From contig NC_057759.1 of the NCBI RefSeq assembly GCF_004010195.1, positions 1,557,069 to 1,621,068 on the forward strand: DNA of 64,000 nucleotides, written 5' to 3'. The DNA comes from Chiloscyllium plagiosum (lineage: Eukaryota). The position numbers and the translations under genes were made by a program. The notes beneath the pieces were generated by a model, which worked only from the letters and a program-made list of their open reading frames with translations, was not told where the DNA came from and searched no databases. This document shows, piece after piece, positions 52,713 through 64,000 of the stretch (position 1 is its first letter; each line of letters begins with the position of its first letter).

Positions 52713-53078
52713 ACCATCACTGTCCCCAACCCCTGCAGTATCAATTCCTGGGGGTTACCGTCACTGTCCCCTCCCTCCGCAGTTTCAACATCGCAGGGAT
52801 TACTGCCACTGTCCCCACTCCCACACCACATTCAGCATGCTGGGAGTTACGATCACTTTCCAGACCCCCCATGCCACTGTAAACATCCTGGGGGTTTCTG
52901 TCACAGTCCACCCCCAACCCAACATTGAAAACATCCTGGGAGTTACCATCACTGATCCCACCCCCCCAGCACTGTCAATATCCTGGGAGTTTCTGTCACT
53001 GTCCCCATCCCCACCTACTGTCAACATCCTGGGGTGATCGTCACTGTTCCCATTCCACACCCCACTTTGAACATCTTC
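52713..53078 (+). repeat. ~46-bp minisatellite, about 8 units
   Basis: Unit ACCATCACTGTCCCC...ACTGTCAACATCCTGGGRGTT. Confidence 0.85.
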
Positions 53079-53129
53079 CATGCCAGTCAAAAGCAACCAT
53101 CTCTCTGTTCTCTAATACCATACTCCCAG

Positions 53130-53930
53130 TCGTAAGGTCACAGAACGGAAATAGGCCCTTTGGCCTAACACGTCCATGCGAACGAAGTCTCCAAATAGAA
53201 CTAGCCGCTTTTGCTTGTGTTTGGCCCATGTCCGTCAAAACCTTTCCTATCCATGTACTTTCCAAATCTCTCTTCAAGGTTGTTATTGTACCCACTACTA
53301 CTACTTCCTTTGGCATCTTATTCCAAAAACACATCACTCTCTGTGTGAAATAGTTACCCTTCAGGGCGTTTTAAATCTTTCCCCTCTCACCTTAAAACAA
53401 TGCCCTCCAGTTTTGGATTCCCTGCCCTGGGGAAAAAGATCTTTGACTATTCACCTTATCCAAGCCCCTATTTCTGCAGCAATATACATATGAAACATCA
53501 AAGACCATTTAATCTGAGTCTAGCCTTGGACTGCAAGTACACATCTAAGTCGTTCTTCAATGTGATGAGGATTTCTGCCTCTCACACCTTTACAGGCAGT
53601 GAGTTCCAGATCTCCATCACCAATTGAGTGAAAATGTTTTCCCTCACATTCCCCTCTGAACCTCCTGCCCCTTACTTTAAATCTATACCCCTCCCCCAGT
53701 CATTGATCCCTCCATCAAGGGGAGGGGAGGAGGTTTCTTCCTGTCTACCCTATCTATGCTACTCATCATTTTATTATTCTCAATCATGTCCCCACACTCT
53801 CAATCTGCTCTGCTCTAAGGAAAACAACCCCAGTCTGTCCAATCTCTCTCCATCACTGAAACTCTCCAGCCCCCAAGGCAACATCCTGGTAAGTCTCCCT
53901 CTGCATGCTTCCCCATTGCCATCACGTTGA
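53130..53930 (-). mobile_element. CR1 3' UTR and C-terminal fragments
   Basis: WNKMPKEVV...TLKRDLE motif. Confidence 0.7.
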
Positions 53931-53964
53931 TCTGATAATGTTGATTTGTATAGGGGTGCTTAAA

Positions 53965-54505
53965 AACTCACTGAGATGGTGATACATTTGCTATTCAGGG
54001 GAGACTCTGCCTGCTGGTTAGAGACAGCACAGTGCTAATTGTCCTCTTGATTTTTGCTGATGATTGTGTGTACAGTTCTGCAGTGGTTGGAGTATTCCCA
54101 CTGTGAGAAACGAACCCACTTAATCAATAATTTTCAGTCCGAGTCAAAGAGTTCCGAAGCAGTACATTTATTCGAACACCTTTAAAGATGGGTGGCTCTA
54201 TGAGGAGAGTCACACCCGACAGTAAAATAAAGAGTTTTTAATACTTTTCTGAGGGGTCTTTCGACACCCCTACACTAAGCAATAAACCAATCATAAGTGT
54301 CTATTTCATTCTATCCCCTTATTTGGTTATTCCCTGTGCTCCCAGAACACAGACTAAGGAACTCACACCCACTTTGTTCCCCTACCAACGGCCTGTTACA
54401 TCAAAACTGCACTGTTCCGTTAACAATAGGCTTTTACCTCACCCACAGTATGGTCTCTTGTAATATCCTGTCGGCCCACACCTACCTGTTCCGCTGGCCA
54501 CAGAA
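53965..54505 (-). pseudogene. Second, partial Ig-like exon of the same receptor, split by a solo LTR
   Basis: With the LTR removed: SVASGTG...NTPTTAEL, then after a frameshift IISKNQEDN*HCAVSNQQAESPLNSKCITISV, an Ig F/G-strand pattern with the YxC Tyr mutated to TAG. Confidence 0.62.
54102..54441 (-). mobile_element. Solo LTR, 340 bp
   Basis: TG...CA ends; CCCAC TSD (54097-54101, 54442-54446); minus-strand TATTAAAA box and AATAAA (54172-54167). Confidence 0.8.
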
Positions 54506-55101
54506 GGTAGGAGAGGATTCGAGGACAGTGTGCAAGAGGGCAAGAGAATGAAGGCGAATGGACAGGGAGGGACCGTGGAATAGAGTGAAAAAATAATGGG
54601 GGGAAAGACCAAAAGGCTCAGTGTGAGAAGCGAACGGTGATACAGGGGTAGAGGGGACAAAAGGAAGAGATGAACTCTCACAAGGCCAGGTCGGGCTGCT
54701 TGACCCAGATGGCAAAATAAGGACAGAGTGACTTAAACACAACTCCTGAGCACCGTATCAGTCCCCTCTCCTTCCCTCAGGACCACGACTTGGACCCGAG
54801 TCTGTCTGTCTCCAGCTCAGCGTCATCAAAACATCGGCAAACACCAATATAGTTCACTCTGCTGCTTGGCACTTTTTAATGAATATTTTTATTATTTACA
54901 AATTGAAGATACAGGTACAGCCAGTGGAATGTTGCCTTTTGTCATTGGCTCCGGAGTTAATAGAAACATGGAAACGTGACCTGTAACCCACTTTGGGACA
55001 ATATTGGACACAGCAGCACTACTCTCAGCCCGCTACTATAGAAACATGCTTTTTCATTACTGAAACATTGAACTAAAATGAGAAAATCAGGGATGGATTG
55101 A

Positions 55102-56009
55102 TCAATGAATGAATTTGACTGATTGTTGAATTTGGTGAAAGGGATATTTCAGCATATTCTTTACCTGCTGTCTGAATTTATGCTGGGTCACGGCATAAAT
55201 CATGGTGTTTGTGCAGCAACTGAGGAGCTGCAGCATGAAGCCCAATTCTTGGACAAAATCATCCATAAACATAGACTTATGCCCACTATAATACATTCGG
55301 TACCATATATAATACACCATTAAAGTTGACCACAGTAGGATGAAATTGGCCGAGATCACAAAGAGTAAAGTTATCGATTTTTTTCGTTTTTGCATTTCTG
55401 TGTCACACTGACCGCCCCCATTAGTATGAGCGCGGAGTCTCCTTCGGGCTCTGTTGGTCACTAAAATGTGCCTGATGGTGAAAACATTGAACAGCAGAAT
55501 CAGAAGAAATGGGAGAGCCGGGTTTAGAATGTAGTGGAGGAACTCGATTGTGGCCCAGACACGAGATATTTCAACACGAATTGTTACCATGCAAAACCAG
55601 GGAGCGTTCCGCAGCTGATACCAAGCTGTCAGCATAAAATACCAGAAAATGTTCTTTAAACAGCTCAGCACAGTTACTGTTCCCAGAATCACAGCCGCCG
55701 TTTTCTCACTGCAATATTTATGTTTCAGCTTCTGAAAACAAATTGCCACAAATCGATCAATGGTGAAAGTGACTGTGAACCAGACAGAGCAGTCAGTGGC
55801 TGCATAAAGCAGGACGGCGTGGATATTACACACGTGGATGTACCACAGAAAATAAAACTTTTCCGCATAAACAATGGGTATATGTCTCAGTATCAGGTCG
55901 AGGATAATGACCAGGAGATCCGCCATTGCCATGGCCCCCAGGTAACGATTGACACATGGAGACAATCCACAATCTTTATAAAGCAGGATATAGATCGTCA
56001 CTACGTTAA
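55102..56009 (-). CDS. Main coding exon of an orphan class A GPCR (GPR139/GPR142-like, elasmobranch-expanded type); upstream exon with N-terminus and first half of TM1 not located
   Basis: Uninterrupted ~300-codon ORF with 7TM motifs: YLGAMAMADLLVII (TM2), CNIH...TIDRFVAIC (TM3, DRF), LNPALPF (TM5), SANFILLW (TM6), SCCTNTMIY (TM7). Preceded by acceptor gatttccttcctcacag|TT AAC GTA GTG (phase 1, reads VNVVTI); the track's GTG start is not a true start. Confidence 0.9.
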
Positions 56010-59000
56010 CTGTGAGGAAGGAAATCAGACAAGTTATACATCAACCTGGAGGCAAAGTTAGCAGTTTGTTTAAGGACCCAATGAAATTTTCAAAAGTGTC
56101 ACCATGTTCAGATTTACGTAAATAATTGGAGCAGGAAAAACAAGTAGGAAGCTCTGAATTGCTTACAAAAATGTGACATAAAACATCGGAAATTCCTCCC
56201 TCGCCAAACACACAGACACAAATACATAAGAACAAAATATTTCTGGAACATTCCCACACATTCAATCACTCGAGAACAGACACAGATCAAGTCTTTCCAG
56301 TTTTAATATGAAGAGTCAAAACGTTGCTGTGCTGAAGAATTACCTCCCAGTTCCTTGAAGACAAACGTAGTTTGGAAATTTCTCTCTTTCAGGCTAAATT
56401 GTGTTCGATCCTCTGCAGTGAAGAAATGTAAATGCAGGGAAAACGCATTCACCTCTTCAAGAGCCTGAGGGGACTTTGAAACAATGTCTTCTCCTTCCTG
56501 GAATGGGATCTCTTTACTCAAGATCTTATCTTTTGTTCAATAAACAGCTGTCTAGCGGTACACAAATAATGTCAGTTATAGAATGTTCCAGATGATGTCA
56601 GTTCCAGAAGTTGGTAGGATCATAAAGATCGACAGTCAATGACCCTTCTGCCCAGCATATCTTTCCTAGCCCAAAACAACCATCTAGTCGCATTTCGAGA
56701 AAAAGATATCAATTTCAGGAAGATCCCACAAGAGCAGGAGCAGAGATGGTTTGTTACAATCACTGTGAGATGCCAATAAGGTTAGCGAATCAACCTTTCA
56801 AACCTAATCGAACTTTCAATATGATTATCGCCTACCTGATTGTGTCGTTCCCACCCACTCACTGATAACCAGTGTCGCCGTTGTGATCCTTGAATCTGTC
56901 CATATCTGCAGAATATTCAATGTCTCTGTCTCCCAAGCACTGTGGGCAAGAGAGTTTCAGCGACTCATAACAATCTGAGAAAATAAGATAAGTCTTCCCA
57001 TCCCTGTAATACGTCTAAGTATCCATCACTGTTCTTAAGCTGATGAAATGTAGCAACAGGTCTAAAATAAATGTTCAAGGCATTGGCTTCATCCTATCGT
57101 TTTAATACAAAGTGCAAATTGATACGATATTTGGGGCAGAGGTTTTCAGAGCAAGGCTGACTGGATCTCGACAAACTGGTTTCGTTAATTAATGATAAAA
57201 ACCATTTAACCCATCGAGACTATGCTACCCTCCGATCACAGGAATGATTTGTTTTAAAACCCCATTCCTTTGATTTCTCCTTGTTTACACGATGATCTTT
57301 TCCTGAGTGTATTTTCACATTCCACTTTAGAGAAGATGTAAGTCAATAGCTGCAATTTTGATGCTGGTTCTTTGCAATCCTTCAGTCTGGGCTTCATTTT
57401 GTGGTGAACACATGTGCAACTGAGACTGACTCCATTCTCTCACTTTCCCTAGCGTCATATACACTCTTGAGCAGATGATGCTGAACTCCAGTTGGGTGCC
57501 TCCGACATGACCTCCTATTCTCTCACCCATGAATTCCTCACGCACACCTCAAACTCTGGTGGACAAGATCTTCAGCGGTAGCTAAAGCATCTACTGAATT
57601 TCTATCCTCACGTCTTCCCCTCCTTCGTATTAATGCTGCAGTGTGCAAATTACTTGCATATCTCACATGAAAGAAAAAAAAACCTGCAGACACTAGAACA
57701 AAAGCTATTCTAGTGGAGTATTCCCAGATTTGAAATGTTTACTCTGCTTTCTTCCTCCAGATACTGACAAACTGACTGAATTTCACCAGCAATGTTTGTA
57801 CTTGCAAATCAAATGTCCTGTTGAAAATATGCCCAACATGTGTACAAGAACAGAAGTTGCTGGAAAAGCTCAGCAGGTCTGGCAGCATCTGTGAAGAGAA
57901 ATCACCGATACCGTTTCAGGTTTGGTGACCTTGTACTGCAGTTTAACATTTGCTTCTCTTTGCTATTTCTAAACTCCAGCGAAGTTGTTTGTGCGTAATC
58001 TGAGCGATGTGGGCTGTGGTGACATTAACGTGATATTTCATGAGGCCCACTGCAATGTTGAGATCAGCTCGCGACCTCTTGCTTGTTTTTCTCAGGGGGA
58101 GTAGTGAAATTCTCACTGTGCCTGTCCTTACGCTGACAGAGTACAGGAGGACATGCATGCAACCAGATTTGGGGATGGCGAAATTTGTCAATGCTGGGCA
58201 AATATCGTGGCATCAGTGAAGCTCTGCATGGACTGTGCTTCTTCCAATGCACTATGGGCTTTCAAGATTTGCAGTCGGCGCCAGGGATCCTGATTCATTG
58301 CAGGGGTTCCTTTGAGTGCGAGTTACTTTGGGAATGGTGGTTTGTAAGAAGTGGGAGAACCTCGACGTGATACTCACTGCGAGCATTCAATCATCAATTA
58401 ACGCAATGAGTTTGTCGAGATCCAGTCAGCCTTGCACTAAAAATCTCTCCCCCCAATGTCGCATCAACTTGCACTTTGTATTAAAACATCACCATCCCTG
58501 TGTTTATCTTGCCACTTCAGCAGGAGAGATCCACTAGTGATGGTGAAACCATAGTATACCTTCAGTAAAGGCATTCCCCATCATTGATTCCAGAATCCGA
58601 GAAATATCATGCTAACAGGTCAAAGACAGTCAAGGAAATCGCCTCAAGATGGACATCTCCTGCCATCTACACCGCACTTTAATGATATATCAATTTTCCT
58701 CGGTTTTGAAAACAAACTGATGGAATATCGGAGAGTGACAAGGGAAGAGTGTGTACAAACCCACCACTTTCTGAGCAGGGCGAAGCCTCAAATACTCCGC
58801 TACCAGAGAGTGGAAAGTGATGAGTGAAACAAGAGGGAAGAATTCTTACCAAACTACTTGTCAAAGACGTATCTGCCCAGAGCAATATCTGTAGGCGCAC
58901 CCAGCACACAGTCCTGTCGGAAGGAAAGTCTCAGTCTCATGTTAAGATACTGCCCACTTTGCTATGTGACATTAACTTCTGCGAAGCAGGACATGATTTT

Positions 59001-59329
59001 AAATAACTGAACAAATAGAAACTGAGCATCCATGGGCACTGTGGGCCATCAGGAGCTGCAGCATCAATGACCTTCCCTCCATCATAAAAAAAGTGGGCTG
59101 GTTCCAAAATGTTCAACACTATTCACAACTACACCTATACTGATGCAGTCGACTCAGCCCATCAAGACTTTTACAATTGAACAGAATGAGGCTATTCGGC
59201 CATCCGGCCATCCGGCCATTCGACATTGTCACTCAGCATTTGGAGCAGATCTTCTAATATCATGTCTGTTTTACCAGAAATGGAAGGGAACATCCAGCCT
59301 TTCAAAGCTGCTACACAGGAATATTGGGC

Positions 59330-61148
59330 GGACTGGTTACTGTTACTAAGGCGAGAAAACAATAGGAATAAATTAGTCTATATCAGTTTAACATAAAATG
59401 ACGATTACAGGTATATAATGACCAGTGCTGGTTTCTCAACTATTTGCGAGCTATATCAATGGACTTAGATGAATGGAACAAAATGTATTCTAAGTAGCCT
59501 GGGATGAGGGAACTGGATTTGCTAATGCTCTTCAGCGGGGTTTAAATTTATTCAGCAGGGTAATGGGACCCTGAATTGTAGCTCCTGTGTAAGGGAGCTT
59601 GAACGTAGTGAGGTAATGAATAAGGTTTCAAGGTCGCAGGATTGTACTGACAGGCCATAAGGTTTCAAGTGTGTCTACTTCAATGGCACAAGCTTGCGGA
59701 GTTCAGTCAGTGAACTACAGCTTGGGTTGGAACCTGGGACTTCGATGTTGCAGCCATTTTAGTGATGTGGAAAGAGCAGGGACAGGTTTCTGGTTGTATT
59801 CTGGTTGTTGCACGTTCTGAGCTTTAGTTGATTCATTAAGATCAGGGAAAGTGATGAAAGAGGGGAAGGTGTGGCATTGCTAGTTAAGGACAGTATTACG
59901 GCAACAGAAAGGACGTTTGAAGCCTCGTCATCTGAGGTCGTATGGGCTCGTGTTAGAAACAGGAAAGGAGATGTCACCTTGTTGTGAACCTTCTATCGGC
60001 CTCTGAAAAGGTCCAGAGATGTAGAGGAAAGGATAGCAAAGATGATTCTGGATAGGAGCAAAAGTAACAGGAGAGTTGTTATGGGGGCCTTACACTTCCC
60101 TAATATGGACTGGAAACGCCATAGTTTGAGTACTTTAGGTTAGTCAATTTTTATCTAATGTGTACAGGAAGGTTCCGTGACACAGTATGTAGTCAGGCCA
60201 ACAAGGGACAAGGCCAGATTGGATTTGGTACTGGGTAATGAACCAGGTCAGCGGTTACTTTTAGAGGTAGGTGAGCACTTTGATGATGTTGACCACAATT
60301 CGTTTACATTTACGTTAACGATAGAAAAGGATGGGTATGTAGCGCAGTACAAGAGTTATTGCTCTGGGAAAGGCAATTGTGAGGCATTCAGGCAAGATTT
60401 AGGATGCATAGGATGTGGAAGGAAGCTGCAGAGTTTGCTCACATAGGAACGTGGAGCTTATTCAAGGAACAGCGACTGCATGCCCTTGATAATTATGTAC
60501 CTGTCAGGTAGGGAGGAAGTGGTCGAACGAAGGAGCCGTGGTTTACTAAAGAAGTTGAATCGCTTGTCAAAAGGAATAAAGAGGCTTATCTAAAGATGAG
60601 GTGTGAAGGCACAAGTAGGGAGTTTGAGAAATGTACGTTCGCCAGGAAGGACCTAAAGAGAGCGATAAGAATAGCCAGGAGGAGCCATCAAAAGTCTTTG
60701 GCAGGTAGGAACAAGGAAAATCCTACAGCTTTCTAAAGATATATCAGAAGTAAAAGAATGACTAGAGTAAGATTAGGGGCATTCAAGGACAGTAGTAGGA
60801 AGTTGTATGTGGAGCCTGAAGAGATAAGAGAGCCTTTAATTGAAAATTATTCATCAGTAATCATATAGAAAAAAAATACAACGTTGTCGAGGAGATCACA
60901 GAGATGCGTGCTATGTGAATAGAAGGAATTGAATTCCATACGTAGGAGGTGTTAGCAATTCTGGAAAGTGTGAAAATAGATAAATCCCCTGGGCTGGGAT
61001 GAATTTATCCTAGGATTCTCTGGGAACATAGGGAGAAAACTGCAGAGCCTTTGGAGGTGATGCGTATCTTGTTATTGTCTACAGGAAAAGTGCCAGAAGA
61101 CTGGAGAATAGCAAATGTTTTCCCCTTGTTCAAGAAGGGGAGTAGAGA
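59330..61148 (+). mobile_element. Decayed CR1 (APE to RT start)
   Basis: QYVVRPTRDKARLDLVLGNE; GATAAATCCCCTGG (DKSP) and CCAGAAGACTGGAGAATAGCAAATG (PEDWRIAN). Confidence 0.85.
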
Positions 61149-61329
61149 AGGAAAGGAGTAGGCCATCACCCCACTCACCTGCAACTCTTTCTAGTTCGAG
61201 GCCGTGCATATCCTGAATGCACTTGTCCTATAGAATGTACATATTCCCTACTATGATTAACCACTGGAAAGATATAAAATAGATGCTGCAGTAGTCCCTT
61301 TGGTCCATCATTTTGTTACCTCATTGGAT

Positions 61330-63000
61330 ATAATTAATGATGCTTGATCCTATAACTCCACAATGGACTCCTGCTCTATCTCTATCCCTGTAGCGTCTAT
61401 AAATCCTTATTTATTTTCAGTGTTTCAGCTTCCACAACATTACATCGGAGAGCTCCCTAAGTTCACCAGTCTCTGAGTGCAGACATTTATTCCCATCTCA
61501 ATACTGAGTGGCCTGCCTGTACATAATACGGTGGTCCCTTGCTTTTGACATCCCTGCCAAGGGAATGATTGCCCCTGCTTCCAATCTATCTCGCCCAGTC
61601 AGATTGTTTTTTACATTTCACTGCGATCCCCACTCATTTTCCTAAACCTCATGGAAAACAGGCTGTGTCGAACCAAACCCTGCTCCTGCAATGAGTCTAT
61701 CATCTCAGAGATCAGTCTGGTCATCCTGCGTTGCACTGCCTCAATGTCAGGTTTGTTTGTTATTAAATAAGGAATCAATAACTGCCCAAAATGCTGCACA
61801 ATGTTCGAGATGAGGTCTCACAAAGGCGTTGTACAACTGTGGTAAAACATCCTTACCCCTACACTCAAATCTCCTTGAAATGAAATTCAACACGCCATTT
61901 GTCTTCCTAACAGCATTCTGCTCCTGCAACATTGCTTTCAGTGACGAGTGTACAAGAGATCCAGATCATTTTCAATGTTACAGCTATCCACTTAGTGGGC
62001 ATATATGGCACGGTGGCTCAATGGTTAGTACTGCTGCCTCACAGCGCCAGGAATCCTGGTTCGAGTCACACTTCGGGCGACTGTCTGTATGGCGTTTTGA
62101 CATTCTCCCCGTGTCTACCTTGGTTTGCTCCGGTTTCCTCCCACAATCCAAACATGTTCAGATTAGATGTATGGTGCGTTAGTCAGGGGTAAAAGTGGGG
62201 GAATGGGGCTGGGTGGATTACTCTTCAGGGCTTTGGTGTGGACTTGTTGGGCCTATGGGCCTGCTTCCATACTACAGAGAATCTAATCTAATCATTCCCA
62301 GTATTGACTTCTGGCTCCAGAACTCCCCGTCCTGCATGGACCTGGGAGGTTTGCAGAGAAGAAAATAAAATAAAAGGAGCATAAATCTCTTTAAATATCA
62401 ACATTTTTCCACCAATCCCTTTCCAAATCATAGGATGCCGTTCTGTTAGTCCCACCCAAAGTGCCCAACGTTGCATCTCTCCACAATGCTCTTTATCCAC
62501 CAAGTATTTGCCAATTAACTCCACATGTGTTCATCACCATGAAGTTTTTTTACATCCTTCTCACCCACTCACAAAACGACATCATTTAATTCTGTCAGCA
62601 GCCGCTGGAAATATTGCATTTGAATCCCTTAATCAAATTTTTGCGATGTATTGTGAATAGCTGGGGCACAAAACGATTCCTGTGACACCCCACGAGCCTT
62701 TCACTTCAAACAAAGTTGTTACATTGCTACTCACTCATTCCTGTCAGCTCGACTGTTCGAAAGCCTTTTTTATATATTCTATTATTTCCAATTCCAGAAG
62801 ATTTGATTTTCCAACGAAGATAGGAACTTCATTAATTCTCTCTCTGAAAATCCAATTGCATTACATTCATTGCTTCTCCACAATGTATCGACCAATCAGA
62901 TTTTCAAACATTAATGTCCATTTTATAAATCTATGCTGGCTTTGTCTATACCCATCGTTTTTCGTTCCAATAATTTATCTACAGCCATTTTGTCGAGTTT
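61330..63000 (-). mobile_element. Old CR1 fragments interrupted by a SINE
   Basis: LYNAFVRPHLEHC. Confidence 0.7.
62006..62293 (+). mobile_element. HE1-type SINE
   Basis: TGGCACGGTGGCTCAATGGTTAG A-box, GGTTCGAGTC B-box, ATCTAATCTAATC tail. Confidence 0.88.
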
Positions 63001-63001
63001 C

Positions 63002-63082
63002 TGGTGGTATGGTAGCTCACTGGTTAGCACTGCTGCCTCACCACGCCAGGGACCCGGGTTCGATTTCCATCTCGGGTGACTG
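63002..63082 (+). mobile_element. HE1-type SINE head fragment
   Basis: tRNA-like head with GGTTCGATTTCC B-box, truncated against a CR1. Confidence 0.75.
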
Positions 63083-63084
63083 GA

Positions 63085-64000
63085 AGGCAATGCAGGTGTT
63101 CCCTGCGATCATCACTCTCCAAAATATGTGCACCGTTTTGGATAATGTTGGGGAGATGGCTCAGAGGGGAAGGCACCTGCAGCCAGATTCATGGCATCGT
63201 GACTGGCTCTGCTGTCCAGAAGAGCGGGAAAACGACTGGAACGGCTATCGTCATAGTGGAGTTAATTCTAAGGGAGTAGATGGGCGGTTCTGTGGTGGAA
63301 AATGAGAATTACAAACGATACGTTGACTCCCAGGTGCACGGGTCAGGGATGTCTCAGATCGGTTGCAGGGCATTCTAAATAGGGAGGGCGAACTGCCAGT
63401 GGTCATATTGGATATAGACATCAATTGTACATTTTAGAAAACGCGATGTGGTCCTGAAAGCAGAATTTAGGGAGTTAGGAGCCAAGATAAAACATCGGAC
63501 CTCAGAGGTAGCAGTCTCAGAATTGTTACCAATGCCACATCGTTGTCAGAGTAGAAATGAAAGAATAGGCAGGATGAATGTGTGGCTTGAGAGACAGTGC
63601 CTGAGGAAGGATTCAGATTTTTGAAACAAAGTGACCGGTTCTGGAGAAGGTGGGACTCTTAAAAACTGGATGTTCTGCACTTGGACTGCACTGGAACCAA
63701 AGTCCTTGCACGTGCTTTTGCTAACGCTGTTGGGACTAATTTGACAGGTGGGTGGGAACCAAATGAGGAGGTTCATGGAGAGTAAGGAAGTATTAATTAC
63801 AGCCTGTAAGGAACTAGATAATGAAGTAAGTGTGACTAAGGGTAAGAGTAGGTAGAGATCTACTGATGAACGTGAAGGTACGGCTGCTCTGAGGTGCATT
63901 TGTTATCATGAAGAATTATCGTAAATAAGGAAGATGAACTTAGGGCTTGGGTTAGTTCCTGGTAGTATGATGTTATTTGTATTACAGAAACTTGGTTGAG
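63085..64000 (+). mobile_element. CR1 ORF1 esterase remnant and APE start, running off the window
   Basis: Homologous to 15106-15600; ends in ATTACAGAAACTTGGTTG (ITETWL). Confidence 0.8.

Noticed and set aside
57960..58400. Unique-looking GC-moderate segment with an acceptor-like site
   Set aside because: No recognisable protein in any frame I translated.
58850..58940. Minus-strand |gtaaga donor as GPCR exon 1 or signal-peptide exon
   Set aside because: No TM1-like sequence and no clean ATG-open frame in the required phase 1.

Overview
Eukaryotic, repeat-dense genomic DNA, almost certainly from a shark or other elasmobranch. This is inferred from HE1-type tRNA-derived SINEs, abundant CR1 LINE debris and a shark-type GPR139-like receptor. 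Most of the window is decayed CR1 LINE, SINE, Penelope-like (PLE), LTR and MITE sequence. Host-gene content: (1) an intact large coding exon of an orphan class A GPCR (55102-56009, minus strand; exon 1 not found); (2) a multi-exon pseudogene of an Ig-superfamily, FCRL/PECAM-like inhibitory receptor with two Ig exons, a TM exon and ITIM-type tail exons (about 40759-54505, minus), mostly invisible in the ORF track; (3) an internally deleted orphan histone H2A gene that keeps its CCAAT box, stem-loop and downstream element (24073-24407); (4) an unidentified 82-nt exon-like module present three times, each copy near a ~49-bp satellite, with a possible CpG promoter and first exon at ~6.3-6.6 kb. 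The most striking non-coding signal is a set of minimal hammerhead-ribozyme motifs in several PLE terminal-repeat families, showing compensatory stem changes; many sit in tiny 110-200 bp inserts flanked by 13-17 bp target-site duplications. Repeat boundaries are approximate, read by eye; no database searches were run.
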